Part shown: positions 1-13,791 of the stretch, one piece after another
Numbering within the stretch: the first letter of the stretch is position 1
How the letters are laid out: each line of letters starts with the position of its first letter
Assembly: GCF_018350175.1 (NCBI RefSeq)
Contig: NC_058368.1
Coordinates: 43,588,001 to 43,652,000, forward strand
Source of the DNA: Felis catus
Lineage: Eukaryota
Direction of reading: 5' to 3'
Length of the DNA: 64,000 nt
The notes under the pieces: generated by a model
Told to the model about the DNA's origin: nothing
Seen by the model: the letters and a program-made list of their open reading frames with translations, nothing else
Database searches by the model: none
Translations under genes and position numbers: made by a program

Positions 1-18
1 TGAGAATTAAAAATTATA

Positions 19-254
19 GCGGCTCCTGGGTGGCTCAGTTGGTTAAGCATCTGACTTCAGCTCAGGTCATGATCTCCCGGCTGGTGAGTTCAAGCCCCAT
101 GTCCACGGGCTCTGTGCTGACAGCTCAGAGCCTGGAGCCTGCTTCAGATTCTGTGTCTCCCTCTCTTTCTGTCCCTTCCCCCTAGCTCTCAGTCTCTCTC
201 TCTCTCTCTCCCCCCTCTCAAAAATAAATACATCTTAAATTTAAAAAAAAATTA
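19..254 (+). mobile_element. Can-SINE (SINEC)
   Basis: tRNA-like head CCTGGGTGGCTCAGTTGGTTAAGC, (CT)n, A tail; TSD AAAAATTATA at 9-18 and 255-264. Confidence 0.95.
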
Positions 255-485
255 AAAAATTATATTGCAATGTGACCTTAATTTACTCACAAGACTAGTA
301 ACCGAGACATTTATGGTTGTGTTTCACACACAGTGCTTCATATTGGTATTATCCCTTTTCATTGTAGGGACTTACTTTGGTTTTGCACTTAACTTCCAGA
401 AATAGTTTAGAAATTGAGGTCATTAGTAGTGACAGAAATAAAAACAACTGAGTTTCATAATGGCATAGGGAAAATCTGTACGAAT

Positions 486-669
486 CAGGATTGCCAGATA
501 AAATACAGGATGCCAGGTAAGAACTTTTGTTGTTGTTGTTGTTGTTAATATGTCTTCCAAAATATTGCATGGGGTGTACAATACTTAAGTGAAAAATTTT
601 TGTTCTTTATCTGAAATTAAAATATAAGTGGGAATCATGTATTTTTATTTACTACATGTTGCAACCCTA
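486..669. mobile_element. MER53-like palindromic DNA transposon
   Basis: Ends CAGGATTGCCAGATAAAATACAGGATG ... TGTATTTTTATTTACTACATGTTGCAACCCTA match the recalled MER53 inverted-repeat structure; internal (GTT)n. Confidence 0.75.
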
Positions 670-1079
670 ACAAGAACGCCTAAGAAATACATTCCAATTA
701 GTGGAAGGCAGTGTTTCCCAAATGTTTTCACACCATAACCTACAAAATATATGTCCAGCATATGTTGGCAAATGGAGAGAGTGCTTGTGTGGTAGATGTA
801 GTGAGCTGGGGGACTCCAAACTATTTCAGGCTCCAGGCACATCAGTGACATATCATGGCTCACTGTACACAGGTGAGTGAGTCTACTCTCATGAATGCAG
901 AATGCGTTACTGAGGGAAAGATATCTGACTTGTTTTACATACATATATGACTTCTGTTCCATTCACAAATGTCAGTTCCTAAGAACTCCAAGAGTCCTAC
1001 ATATTTTCAAATATTTTCTTTCCTCACCTCATGAGAAACATAGAGAGGCATTTTGATAAAGAAAGTTAAATATTTGTAA

Positions 1080-1280
1080 TCAAATAGACCTAAGTTTGAA
1101 TTTTAGTTCTTCCACCTACCAAATAACTCTGTGACATGGGAAAAATACATATAACCATACTGGTCTGTTTCCGTATCTATAAAATGTACATAAAGTTGCC
1201 TAAAGTAGGATTAGTGTCAAAATATATGTAAAATCAGTTGTGTAATACCTGATAAGTCACTCATAATTGAAAGGTATTTT
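1080..1280 (+). mobile_element. MIR remnant
   Basis: AGACCTAAGTTTGAAT...TGTGACATGGG...TGTTTCCGTATCTATAAAATG resembles the MIR core. Confidence 0.65.
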
Positions 1281-1661
1281 TACTAAATACCATGAAACGA
1301 CTTTCTGTTCAGCTTCTTTAAAGATTTTTTGCCAGCATACAGTGATTCCATTCCTGGTGTTGGGCAATGGCAATAAATTAGAACTCTCAGTTTAGATAAA
1401 TGCATTCTTACAAATTTCCTGAAGAATATAGGTCCTCTAAGGTCTTCACTGAAAGCAATTTTTCAAATCTACCTCTTTGGGCAATATTATTACCACTGTC
1501 TTTCTTGGAGTTACTATTACTTAAGGCACTTCATGGTAATGACATTTACTTTCAGTGAGAGCTGGTTTAGAAGCAGCTTGTTCAATATAAATTCACAAAT
1601 GATTCTGCAGATCTCGTATGTTACTTAAACAGTATTCTTTGTATGAGGACCAAAGGGAGAT

Positions 1662-1702
1662 TATCTATCTATCTATCTATCCCATCTGTGTGTGTGTGTG
1701 TA

Positions 1703-1733
<31 letters not shown>

Positions 1734-1793
1734 ATCATCTATCTATCTATCTATCATCTATATCTGTCTATCATCTATCTATCCACCCACCTA
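1662..1793. repeat. Compound microsatellite (TATC)n-(TG)n-(TATC)n
   Basis: Seen directly. Confidence 0.97.
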
Positions 1794-2049
1794 TTTGGCC
1801 TATGAAGTATCCATTCCTCTTTTATATTAAGAGCATCCCAACTTCATCTATTTCATTTAGGATATCACCTGTTCTTGATTATATTCCGTGTATATGGGGC
1901 TCTAAATGAAATAACCTTGTCATATATGAGGTGAAGGATGGGCACTTAAAAGCTCTAAGAATTGAATGTTCTCTCCTGAAATTTCAAATCCTGAGCAGGA
2001 TATAGTTTGAAATTTATTTCAAAACAAATAAGCAAAGATGAAACACACA

Positions 2050-2412
2050 AAGATTTTTTATTTCAAATGAAAAGAGTTTGGAGATAGAAGACTGTGAGCC
2101 TGGTGTGATGGTTCCATAAACCCCAGTAACCAGATTCCTTCTCTTCCTGTTTGTTCTGTCCTCCTCAGCATGTGTCATCCATTCTCAAGGATGATTCACG
2201 ATGGAGAGAATAGTGTTCCATGCATCCCACTTGCATTCCATGTAGTAGGGCAGAAAAAAGACAGGACAAAAAGTGTGTAGTAGGCAGCTGAAAAAGAATT
2301 CTTTAAGGAGTTTTTCAAAATTTCCTTTATAGCTCTTCCACTCATTTCTAATTAGCTAAAACATACATGGTTACAATGAATGCAAGGGAAGCTGGGAAAT
2401 GATTAGTTTATC
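2050..2412 (-). mobile_element. Old MaLR LTR (MLT1-like)
   Basis: TGCAAGGGAAGCTGGGAAATG motif and general similarity to reverse MLT1; boundaries approximate. Confidence 0.5.
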
Positions 2413-2415
2413 CCA

Positions 2416-2548
2416 GGTATGGGCTAAACGTGTGATGAGTACTAAAGAGGGCACTTGTTGGGATGAGCGCTGGGTGTTATATGTAAGTGATGAATCACTA
2501 AATTCTACTCCCGAAGTGAGTTAACTAACTTGGATTTAAATAAAGTAA

Positions 2549-2584
<36 letters not shown>

Positions 2585-2602
2585 TATAATAATAATAATA
2601 AA
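2416..2602 (+). mobile_element. Carnivore L1 3' end fragment with (TAA)n tail
   Basis: GAGGGCACTTGTTGGGATGAGCGCTGGGTGTT matches the L1 3' UTR seen in this window at about 46517-46550. Confidence 0.85.
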
Positions 2603-3675
2603 GGTTTTCAGCAAGAAAAAAAATTAGAGTTCATTCCTAAGAATAAAGAAAAGCTATTGGGTATGAAACTTGCAGCATAGCTGCAAAAAAGAAATAACAA
2701 TACTTGAAGGTGACAATTTCAGTGGCAACACTTTAGTTAAACTGTCAAATGTTTTCTGATCTCTTTAACCAGATATAATGTGGCTTTGTCCTTTTCTAAC
2801 TCTGGTGCTCCATGTTGTCTAATGATTCTATGACCTATTCAGTATCTTGTTAATAAAATTCTTCCCTACTTAAAACAAGTTTATAAACTATGTCTAAATC
2901 GAGACAACTGAGGGCCATTTGGGACAAATTTGAAGAAATTCTTTTATGATCATGCATACATTTTGTGTGTGGACCAACAACAGCTTTGCAGTATTGCCAA
3001 ACATTGTGTAATGACCAGACCTTGTAGCAAAAACCCAAATTTGATACACAATAAATTTATTTAGGATACTATGAATGGACCTTTCAGAAAGTATGATATT
3101 AGCAGTCAGTGAAATGTATCTCCTCTTCTTAGGAAAGCAAAATGGTTTGTATTTTTAGAATTCTTAGAATCTTTGTGGATCACCTAAGGATTGTTTAATG
3201 AAGTTTGGTAATTATTGCTTAAAAGATAAAATGGAAAAATTCATCTGATGAGCAGTAGAGAAACTTAATTCTGTTGGCATTCACTTAAATTTGTGAGCTT
3301 CAATTTTATTACAAGTTAACAAAAAAAAGGGAGGGTGGGGAATGAAGTGCTAGGAGGGAACATATCGAAACCTTCACTCCTTTCTAGGGATCTTCTCAAG
3401 CTATCAGATGGAAATAAATATAAAGATGAACATGTTTTAGAAACTAGAGATATGTCATTTTTCTGGATTAGAATGGTGTCATTGCATATGGAAGCTTGGT
3501 CACATCAGTGTCAGAATAATATGAACACATACCTTCCAGGGTAGTTTATCTGTGGCTCTCTACAATCCAAAATTTTATCGTGTTTGGGGGAAAAAAATCT
3601 TTCCAATTTTTATTTGAATTTTTTTTAGAATAGGTATGTTAAAGTTTCACATTTTTAAGAAACCAATAATAGTCT

Positions 3676-3927
3676 GGGGCACCCAGGTGGCTCACTAGGT
3701 TCAGCACCCAACTTCAGCTCAGGTCATGATCTCGTGGTTCGTGGGTTCCAGCCCCACGTCAAGCTTTGTCCTGACAGCTCAGAATCCGGAGCCTGCTTCA
3801 GATTCTGTGTCTCCATCTCTTTCTGCCCCTCCCCAGCTCTCACTCTGTCTCTCTGTCTCTCTCTCTGTCTCTGTCTCTCTCTCTCTTTCAAGAATAAATA
3901 AATATTTAAAAAGTAAAAAATAAAAAT
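3676..3927 (+). mobile_element. Can-SINE
   Basis: SINEC body; TSD AATAATAGTCT at 3665-3675 and 3928-3938. Confidence 0.95.
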
Positions 3928-4806
3928 AATAATAGTCTAATGGCTCTGTGCACTGAAAGTAAAAATTATTTTATATACAATCATAGTCAAAGGTTTTCAA
4001 ACTGTCACCATAATAATTTCTGCATATTCATAGATTGTTTCATTGCCTCCTTTCACACTTACTAATGCCACATTTACATTGATAGCTGTGAATTTTGGGA
4101 ACTTGTTATGTCTGACTAGTACTCTCTGGTTACTTTAGTGGATAATATTATATATTGAAATATTATATATGAAATGATGGTGGCCCAATTGTCCACATGC
4201 TACTTCTAATGATCAATATGATGACAGATAGCAAAGCACATTATGTTTTTAAAAAGAAAACTTCACATATGAATAGAACATGATTATTTTTTCTGCTTAT
4301 ATGATTGTACATTTCTAATTCCCTAGTTTTTAATAGCAAAAAAAAAATCTGAGCATAAATGTCTGTCATAAATTGCAGAGTTATTTGGTGAATACTGAGA
4401 AAACTGTTTACCTATATAGATTTTCAGAGAAATATCATGCAATATATTGGCTTGAGTGATTCCCTGGCTTAACTTTCCTGAGTAAACTCTCATGTAAAAA
4501 GGAAAATGTTGGGATGATGACAACCACACACCATTGTTACTGAGAAAAACATGAGGATAGATAAATTTCAAATGTATTCAATAAACACATTTGAAAATTT
4601 TTCCTGGAATATCTTTAGTTCCAATTTTAATAAAATATAAGGATATAATTCGAGACTTCAGAATTTTCATTCACTGATGAATTGTCATCAGAACATTGAA
4701 AAGCTATTTTTTAATAAGTGAGGGCACATAAAAATAGCTAATTATTGTATTTTTGTTAAAAACAAACAAAAATACAGCCCTCCCACTCCTCCTCAAACCC
4801 ACCACA

Positions 4807-4999
4807 AAAAAGAAGAAGAAGAAGGAGAAGGAGGAGGACAAGGAGGCCGGGGCGGGGGGGGGGAGGGGGGGGAAGGATGGGGAGGAGGAAGAGGAGGAGG
4901 GGAAGGAGGAGAAGGAGGGGGAGGAGAAGGAGGAGGAGCAGGAGGAGGAGGAGGAGGAGGAGGAGGAGGAGGAGGAGGAGGAGAAAGAAAAAGAAAAAG
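4807..4999. repeat. Purine-rich (GAA)/(GGA)n low-complexity tract
   Basis: Seen directly; explains the poly-E, poly-L and poly-P ORFs. Confidence 0.95.
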
Positions 5000-5999
5000 C
5001 AATCTGAATGCAAATGATTGGTTGTCATTCCATCCTCCTCAGATAGATGGCAGTGCACCTGTGGAGTATTAAGTCTCACTAACCCTTTATACATCAAGGT
5101 CCATTCTAAATCATTTCAGTCACTGAAAAGAGATCGTTCTTTTAGTGAGATGGTTCTTTACTCTCAAAGATTTACCATGTTTTTTGATTTCAGTAGCTAA
5201 AAACATGAATCTGGTGTTAGGAAATGTTTCACTGCCCACCATTAATGTATACCATACCTTAAATAATGCTGAGAATTATTATAAACAAACCATTACATAT
5301 AATTATATATACACTATGTAAAGTATATAGGCTAAGCTTCCCAATTCCCCACACAGATCCTGAAATTATTGTTTCATGTGTTAAGCAGTTAATAAGTGGG
5401 AGGATTAAATAAAATACTATGATTTATATGTTAATCTTTGGTATTTGGAGATTCTTCTGGTTTTTCTAGGAGAGAGGGTCTTAGAGGAGTGCCATATTGC
5501 CACAGGTAGAGTTTTAATAGTCAATAGATAATGTAAATATATTGAAATGAAATGAAATGAATCTCTTTTCATTTCATTGGGGAAATGAAATATGTTCATT
5601 TCATTTTGGGAAAGAATACACTAGAAAAGAAAACAGAGAAGAAAGGAGGTAAATGAGAGACATTCACCTAGAATCAAGATACAAAGTATTTTTTATGACT
5701 CTTTAAATTTGGTGAAAAATCAGGTAAAGTTGAGCTAAGTTTTGAGGGCTTATATGGTGAGAAAGTTTGTTCATTGTACTTCCTTGTACTATGTAGGCCC
5801 AAATGAAGAGACATAAATTTCTGGAGCAATCTGTAGAGAATGAGGAAAAAATCAACTTATTATGGAAAAGCAGGCAAAATAAAGCACTTCATATTGATGT
5901 TTAGGGTTGAATAGAAGTATATTTATCATAGTTTGATTTACCCATTTCACTACATTGAAATCTTCTTTCCAAATTCTCCCGACTTTTCTTACAACTGTT

Positions 6000-6185
6000 T
6001 TCTTTATTTTCCATGGTACTCAGCTTATAATTTACTTATCATATTTATTATTTGTTAATATCTACTCTGGCTAAAACATAAGCTTCAAGAAGTAAGAATT
6101 TTGTTCTTTTGTTTACTAACATATCTGAGATTCTGGGAAGAATGCTTGCCACATAGAAGGCAGTCACACTGAATAGATAAATTAA
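6000..6185 (+). mobile_element. L2 3' end remnant
   Basis: TAAGCTTCAAGAAGTAAGAA...AGAATGCTTGCCACATAGAAGGCAGTCA resembles the L2 terminus. Confidence 0.55.
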
Positions 6186-8111
6186 TGGTCTCCAAAAACT
6201 GTTTTTTTTTTTTAATTTAGATGTATCAATTTTTTTAAAAAGTTTATATTTCTTAAATTAGATACAGTAATTAAAAGTGCTCTATTAAGTATAATTTTAT
6301 TCAAAACCACTTTTAAGCACACTGCTAAGCACTTTTAATTATTTTTTAAACATGATAGTTTTTTCCTTTTATATTGTACTAGTTCTTTTACAATGTTAAT
6401 GAATTCTATTATTCAGCATACATTGTAATTCTAGCACTCAACTAAAGGAAATAATTAGCCTCTGCTGGTTAGTCAGTCATTCAACTAGAGCTTAGGCACT
6501 CACATCCTCATTGAACAAATGAATTGCTAAGCACTATGGAAAGTGATGTATTAAATAAAACACACTGAGCATAATGAGCCTAGAATAAAATGAGGTGGGT
6601 AACACAATTACTAAAGTTCATCATTGGTCAGAAAATGTAGAATCTGTACCATATTTTGTTATCACAACCTAAAGATTTATTTTCCAGAAAGGAGCCTCAT
6701 TAAGTATTCTTAATATGTTTAAAAAGAGTCATTAGCCTTAAAAACAAATACAGTTGATAAGGTTGTCAAACAGAGAAAATAAGTTTAAGAGAGGCATGGG
6801 GTTGAGAGCAGACATATCAATTATCTGCCCAATGAACTAATAATCCCATGGTATTCTTTCCTTTTAAATATTCAGAGAGTATCCACATCTCCGATACTAG
6901 GAGGGAAAAGGCAGAAGATTATGATCATGTGGGTAAAATTCTGACTAGGAAAAATAATATAAAATAAATTTTACAAAACCAGAAAATGATAATCTACTCA
7001 GAACTTTATTGATACCTTTCCCATCAGATATTATCAATTTGCAGTTTTTGGCACAGAGTGGCTACCAATAGATATTCCCTGAATGAATGGGTGCATAAAT
7101 AAATATGGGTATACAAAATAATTTTACTTCCTTTTTGGCAATTTAAATCCATCAGAATTGCATATTTTATATATTTTAACAAAATTCTTGAATGTATAGT
7201 TCATTCTCAGTAGATGTATAAGTTTATAATATTTGAAACATTGTTTTGAGAAATTATTTTCTTATTCTCATTTGTGATTCACTGTATTATGCTTTATGCC
7301 ACAAATTTGGATAGGTAGACAGATAATATCATTTATGCTAACATCACACTAACATCACTATAAGATAGGTTGGTAGCAAATACAAAAAAAAAACCCTAAA
7401 AAATAATACTCTATATTAAATTATATCTGTACCTTTGTAAGGAAACACAAATTCCAAGTTGGCACACTTAATTATACTTAGAGAAAAATACATATTTAGT
7501 TTTTTTTATTATCCAACAAAATGCAGGCACCAGATTTGTACTTCATATCTTTTTATATCATTCATATATCCCCAAACTACTGAACTTTTTTCTTAAATCT
7601 GATCAAAAGTAAAAGTATTTTCATGTAAATGTAAAGAGAAGTGAGTCCTGTAAAGTTAGATAATTCCAGAGAAATGTATTCTGTAAGAAAAAATTGATTA
7701 TCAGTTAATTCTTACAAAGCAATTTAATTGAAATTTATTTATCATCAGCCCTGGAGAAAAGTGAATATATTTTGAATGTCCACACAAGAGATTAAGGTCC
7801 CAGAATATGTTAGTTATTAATTGTTACACATTTTGGATTATAGACTTATGTTAAAAACAACGATTAATTATGCTTGTAGTAAAACCTTCATTTTAAATAG
7901 CAGGAATTATTTTATGTTGTAATACTCATGCTTAAATTACAACTTTCTAATTTTTAAAACACAATGCCATTAAACTATAGTGTAAAACAATATAAGCAAC
8001 TTAAGTCCTCTTTTATGTACAGGCAATAAGATTTAGTTAAGGAGAGAATGAATTTTATCTAATTATCCCCAGTCATGTGAAAAGTTCTTATTATAAAATA
8101 TGTAAAGATTC

Positions 8112-8330
8112 GCGGGGCGCCTGGGTGGCGCAGTCGGTTAAGCATCCGACTTCAGCCAGGTCACGATCTCGCGGCCCGTGAGTTCGAGCCCCGCGTCAGG
8201 CTCTGTGCTGATGGCTGAGCCTGGAGCCTGTTTCTGATTCTGTGTCTCCCTCTCTCTCTGCCCCTCCGCCGTTCATGCTCTGTCTCTCTCTGTCCCAAAA
8301 ATAAATAAATGTTGAAAAAAAAATTAAAAA
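8112..8330 (+). mobile_element. Young felid Can-SINE (SINEC_Fc type)
   Basis: CpG-rich head GGGGCGCCTGGGTGGCGCAGTCGG; perfect 17-bp TSD AAAATATGTAAAGATTC at 8095-8111 and 8331-8347. Confidence 0.97.
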
Positions 8331-8513
8331 AAAATATGTAAAGATTCAGATGACTATGACATTTGGTAATTCACATTGGTTTCATTCAGGTGAAAGGTAG
8401 CTAATCAATGAGTTACATTTAGTGAACCAGAAAATGAATGTATCATTTCAAGCATAAATTTTTTTAAATATGTTTGATTTTAAAGAGCATACAATTTATA
8501 TATTTTTCTATAT

Positions 8514-8853
8514 CACTAAATTAAACAAGGAAGCCAAGTGTCTTCTTACACTGAGGTAGCCCAAGTGCCCTATCGGCCTATGTAAGCAAACCAAAATTAA
8601 GCATGTAATTGCCTCATAGCATTTACATGCAGATACCTAAGGACAAACAATCACAACAGCCAATTAGGCTTTAACCTATAGCCAATCAAATTATTTTCTT
8701 TCTTTGCTCCATCACTTTTTCTGTTTATCTTTCCTCTAGCTCTTGTGGGTAGAATATTCCTAACCACTTCTGGTTTGGTGTTGCCCAAGTGGAATAAATA
8801 AATGCTTAATAAACTCTTACAATTTTTAATATGCCTCAGTTTATCTTTTAATA
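8514..8853 (+). mobile_element. ERV1-class solo LTR
   Basis: CCAAT boxes, AATAAA, 3' end TGCCTCAGTTTATCTTTTAATA similar to the LTR at 49664; 4-bp TSD ATAT at 8510-8513 and 8854-8857. Confidence 0.65.
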
Positions 8854-8931
8854 ATATAGCATAGGTACAAACACACAAAAAATCACATGAGTGAATATTT
8901 ATGGCTGCAAGGGAAAAAAACAAGATAAATA

Positions 8932-11900
8932 GGGAGTTATGTCAGCAAAATGATGGAAGAGGAAACCTCAGCCTTAGTTTCCCATAGAAACATCAATTTA
9001 CAACAATACATAGACCAAATTACCTTATGAGAAGTCTAGAATATAGTCAAGAAGTTTCAGTCTCTGGCCAAGCACAAGCCTGAGAATAGCTGCACTGAAA
9101 TGAGTGAAGAGTACAATTTCTCTTTACTATGCCAGCCTCTATTCAAAGCTAGCACAGTTCTACACCAAGAGAAACCACCTTGGCCTTTGACTTACACAGT
9201 GGAACAGAGAGAGTGGAACATTCATCCAACATCCTGACCTTCTAGTGAGCTGCCAAATGGGATGAAATTTGTCTCTCCTCACACTGAGTGCTAAAGGAAC
9301 TGGCATAGTTCTGACTTAGGAACCTAAGAACAAAGGAAAGGGGAGGACAGCTTGCCGTGGTCCAGTACAACACTGATTGGGACCAGGATAAGGTGGTTAA
9401 CTGAAGTTTCTCTTATGGAGGGGATGGAGAAGAGAGAAACATACCTTCAAAGCCTTGGCCTTTCAATGAACTGCTTATGGGGTCAGTTTTTGTTTCTTTT
9501 GACCCAGAGTGTTGATAGAACTGGCATTTTTTGGTGGGCTTGGCTAACAACAAAGGAAAAAGGATGGGTAGCTTGCTATTTCAAGGCTACCAGATTCTCT
9601 AGGCAGATCTCTTCACTGATTTGTGAAGGTCTTCCCTGTTGAAACCAGTCCAGAGAGACTAAGAGAGATGGCTCCTTCTTCAAATGCTATACACCTGTAC
9701 AAAGCTATAAGGAATTGGATAGTCTAGAAGAAATGGATAAATTCCTAGAAATACACAACATACCACAACTGAATCATAAAGAAATAGAATATCTGAACAG
9801 ACCAAAAACAAATAAGAAAACTGAGTCAGTAATCAAAACCCTCTCAACAAAGAAGAAACCAGAAACAGATGACTTTACTGGTAAACTGAAGAGGAAAAAA
9901 AAATTCCTAACTCATTTTATGAAACCACTCCTTCCCTGATGTCAAAGCCAGACTACAGGAAAACACAATACAAGACATTATAAGAAAGAAAACTAAAATC
10001 CAATATTTCTGGTGAATATAGATTCAAAAATCCTCCACAAAATAGTAGCAAGCCAAATTTAACAATACATTTAAAGTATCATAAGTTATGACCATGGGAG
10101 ATTTATCTTTGGCATGTAAGATTCAATATGTGCAAATCAGTTAATGTGGTATATCTCATTAATAGATTGAATGGTAGAAATTACATGATCGTATCAATAG
10201 ATACAGAAAACAAAGTTTAACATTCTTTCATGATAAAAACACTCAACCGACTGGGTATAGAGAGAACATAAACATAATAAAGGCCATATATGACAAACAC
10301 ACAGCTAACATCATACTCAATGGTGAAAACAGAAAGATTTTCCTCCAAGATCAGAAACAAGTCAAGGATACTCACTCTTACCACTTTTATTAAACAAGGG
10401 TACTAGAAATCATGGCCAGAGCAATTAGAAAAGAAAAAGTAATAAAAGTAATCTAACTGGGAGAAGTAAAATGATCTGTTTTCAGGTGACATGATACTAT
10501 GTGAAAAAAAAAAAAGAAATACTAAAATAGTTTGGTAAGGTTGCAGCATTAAAAAATAAACATAAAAATGTTGCATTTCTATACAACAGATAACCAAAAA
10601 AGAAATTATAGAAATAATCCCTTTTACAATAGCATCAAAAAAGAATAAAATACTTAGGAGTACACTTAACCAAGGAAATGAAAGATCTGTACACTGAAAA
10701 ATACAAAACATTGATGAAAGAATTAAAAAAATTTTTGACTTCCTTTGTTCTGGATTAGAACACTTAATACTGTCAAAATGTCCATATTACCTAAAAAGAT
10801 CTACAGGTTCAATTTGGTTCCTATCAAAGCCTAATGGCATTTTTTGAAGAAATGGAAAAGCAATCCTAAAATTTGTATAGAACCACAAAGACTCCAAATA
10901 TCCAAAACAATCTTGAAAAAGAACAATCTGCTGACATCACATGTCCTGATTTCAAAATATATTGCAAATTATAGTAATTAAAATAGCACGGTACTATCAT
11001 AAAAGGCATACAGATAAGTGAAACAAAATAGCCCAGAAATAAACATATGCATATACAAAGATTCCACAAATACACAGGGAGGAATGTCTTTTTAACAAAT
11101 GGAAAACTGGATATCCAAATGCAGGATGCAATTACGCCACACACAAAAATTGAAAAAAAAATGGATTAAAAATTTACACATAAGACCTGAACCTGTTAAA
11201 CTTCTACAATAAAAATGAGGGAAAAACTTCATGACATTTTTGTGGCAATGATTTCTTACATATGACACCAAAAACAGACCACAAAAGCAAAAATAGACGA
11301 GTGAACTTCATCAATCTAAAAAGCTTTGCACAACAAAGGAAACAATAAAATGAAAAGTCAGTCTATGGAATGGGATAAAATGTTTGCAAACCGTATCTCT
11401 GATAAGGGGTTAACATCCAAAATAAATAAGGAACTCATACAACTCAATAGCAATAATGACCATCTGATTAAAAATGGGCAAAGGGCTTGAATAAAAATTT
11501 CTTCAAACATGATATACGAATAACCAAATGCTATATGAAAAGATCCAAATATCACTAATCACCAGGGAAATGCAAATCAAAATCATATTACTTCACATCT
11601 GTTAGGATGGCTGTTACAAAAACAAACCAAAGATAGCAAGTGTTGATGTGGATATGGAGAAATTAGAATGCTTGTACACTTTTAGTAGGAATATAAAGTG
11701 GTGTAGCCACTGTGGAAAACTGTACGGAGTTTCCTCAAAATACTAAACATAGAATGATCCAGCAATCCTTCTTTTGGGCATATATACAAAAGAATTGAAA
11801 TCAGGATCTTGAAGAAGTATCTGTACCCCCATGTTCAAAGCATCATTACTCACAATAGCCAAGATGTGGAAACAACTATTGTTCATCATCAACAGAGGAA

Positions 11901-12331
11901 TGAATAAATAAAATTTGCATATACATACTATGGAATAGTATTCAGCCCTAAATAAAAAGGAAACCCTGCCACTTGCAGCAGCACAGATGAACGTGGAGGA
12001 CATTATGCTAAGTGAAATAAGCCACACACAGAAGGACAAATACTGCATGATTCCACTTATATGAGTCAAATATCATAGTCAAGATCACAGAAACAGCTAG
12101 TAAAATGAGATTTCCAGGGACTATAGTGGGGGGAAAGTGGGATATGCTACTCAACAGGTATAAAATTTTGGTTATGCAAGATGAGTAAACCGTTGTTTAC
12201 TGTCTATCTGCTGTACAACAGTATTGAGTCTATCTGCTGTACAACATCAATCATTAATAATACTGTACTGTAGACTTAAAATTTTGTAGGAGAACAGATC
12301 TCATGTTAAGTGTTTTTATTGCATTAAAAAA
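8932..12331 (+). mobile_element. Old L1 (L1MA8/9-like): 5' UTR joined to ORF2 and 3' UTR
   Basis: 5' start motif GTCAGCAAAATGATGG; ORF2 remnant [17 protein letters not shown] from 9715; 3' end AGATCTCATGTTAAGTGTT plus A run. Confidence 0.85.
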
Positions 12332-12926
12332 TCTCAATAGGTTTGAGGTTGTGAAACTTGGTCAAAAGTATTTCATTCAGTCTAGCCTACATTCATAACA
12401 AAGTTCGAAATCGTATTTGAAACCATTCTTTCCTTACATTCTTGCATTAGCTTCAATCTATGGGATCTGGTTGGTGATTTTTGTTTACTTTGTCTTCTAA
12501 TTTTCCTGACAGTTATGACATGTAATCCCTCTGAGCCTTAGCTGTGAAAGAAATTTGAGAATTAAATTAACATCTCACTCTTTTGGAATGGGTGTTTACT
12601 CTTTGTGGATAGGTAACACCTAACCATGATGTCTACTGCCACTTTTTTTTCCTGTGTGATTATATTGTGTTTAAGTGAGATTTTAAATTTATAGAATAGA
12701 TGGTTTATTACAACTCTAAGAAACATAATAAAAAAGATATATCGAGCTATTCCTCACCATTAATCAGATTATTTAATATTGTCATGCATTACAGTATGAT
12801 GTTCCTATGCCTGTCTAGTAAAAAACATGATGAAGTATTCTTAACATTCACTTCATGAATTCTGGGATCTCTCTTGAGAAGATTTTGAAGCCAGATTGTT
12901 TTGACTTAGAGAACACTTAGTGTCAC

Positions 12927-13016
12927 CTAAGGAGAAAGGCAATTTGGGGATTATAATGGTGCCTATCAGTCAAATTGGATTTTTAGCTTAATCTCTATTT
13001 GATTCATGCAAGACTC
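12927..13016 (-). other. Candidate exon with strong acceptor (non-coding, poison or terminal)
   Basis: About 50 nt AG-free pyrimidine-rich tract ending CGCCTTTATCGTTTTAG (13017-13070); donor uncertain (TAG|GTGACA); stops in all three frames. Confidence 0.3.
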
Positions 13017-13791
13017 CTAAAACGATAAAGGCGAAAGAGCAGCCATAGGAAAAAATGAAAAAGAAAACACTGACGTGTCATTTCGCTAAATCTCTATAAA
13101 ATATTTGGAAGAAAAGAACAATGTATTGAGCACCTGTGACAATATACAGTTTAAAAGAAAAAAAAAACTTTGTTTTTATTTTTGAAGGGTTTTTTTTTCA
13201 GTTTACTTTATATGACAAAAGGAATCTAAATAAACATATCTTCAAACATCAGCAGACATGTTTTATTTTAGTAAACTGAAAATTAAAAGACAAAGGAAAG
13301 TTTATTATATGTTTGTGTGGGTCTTCAAATTTGTCACATCTTAGTAAAAAATTCTGCTTTGGTTATAATTCTTGTAATTCTTGCTCTGTATTAGTCCAAA
13401 ACTTATGATTAATAAAATATATTTTCTAATATTTTTGACTCTTTTTCCTGTGTATTCAACACATTAATCAATTAAAGTTGCAAATGAAAGAGTTATTTTA
13501 AGGATGATGCTAAAGAGGATCCAACTTACAATACATGTCATTTCTCAGTGCCATTTTTATCACTCCAGTGGTACACCAAGTTTTTATATAATCCATAGTC
13601 AGAATATATCCAATAGATACAATTAAGAAAGAAGAACATTTGTCTGAAAATAGTAGCATGGAAATGATACTCAGAGAGACCCAATGATTTTGGTATTCAA
13701 ATTGGTAAAAAAAAAAAAAATGTTGTGAGAATATGCAACATGATGAACAAAAATGAATATTCTTATATTGTGTCAAGAATAAATGCTACTT

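Noticed and set aside
4753..5097. Poly-E, poly-L and poly-P ORFs
   Set aside because: Translations of a GGA/GAA simple repeat, with no splice or domain evidence
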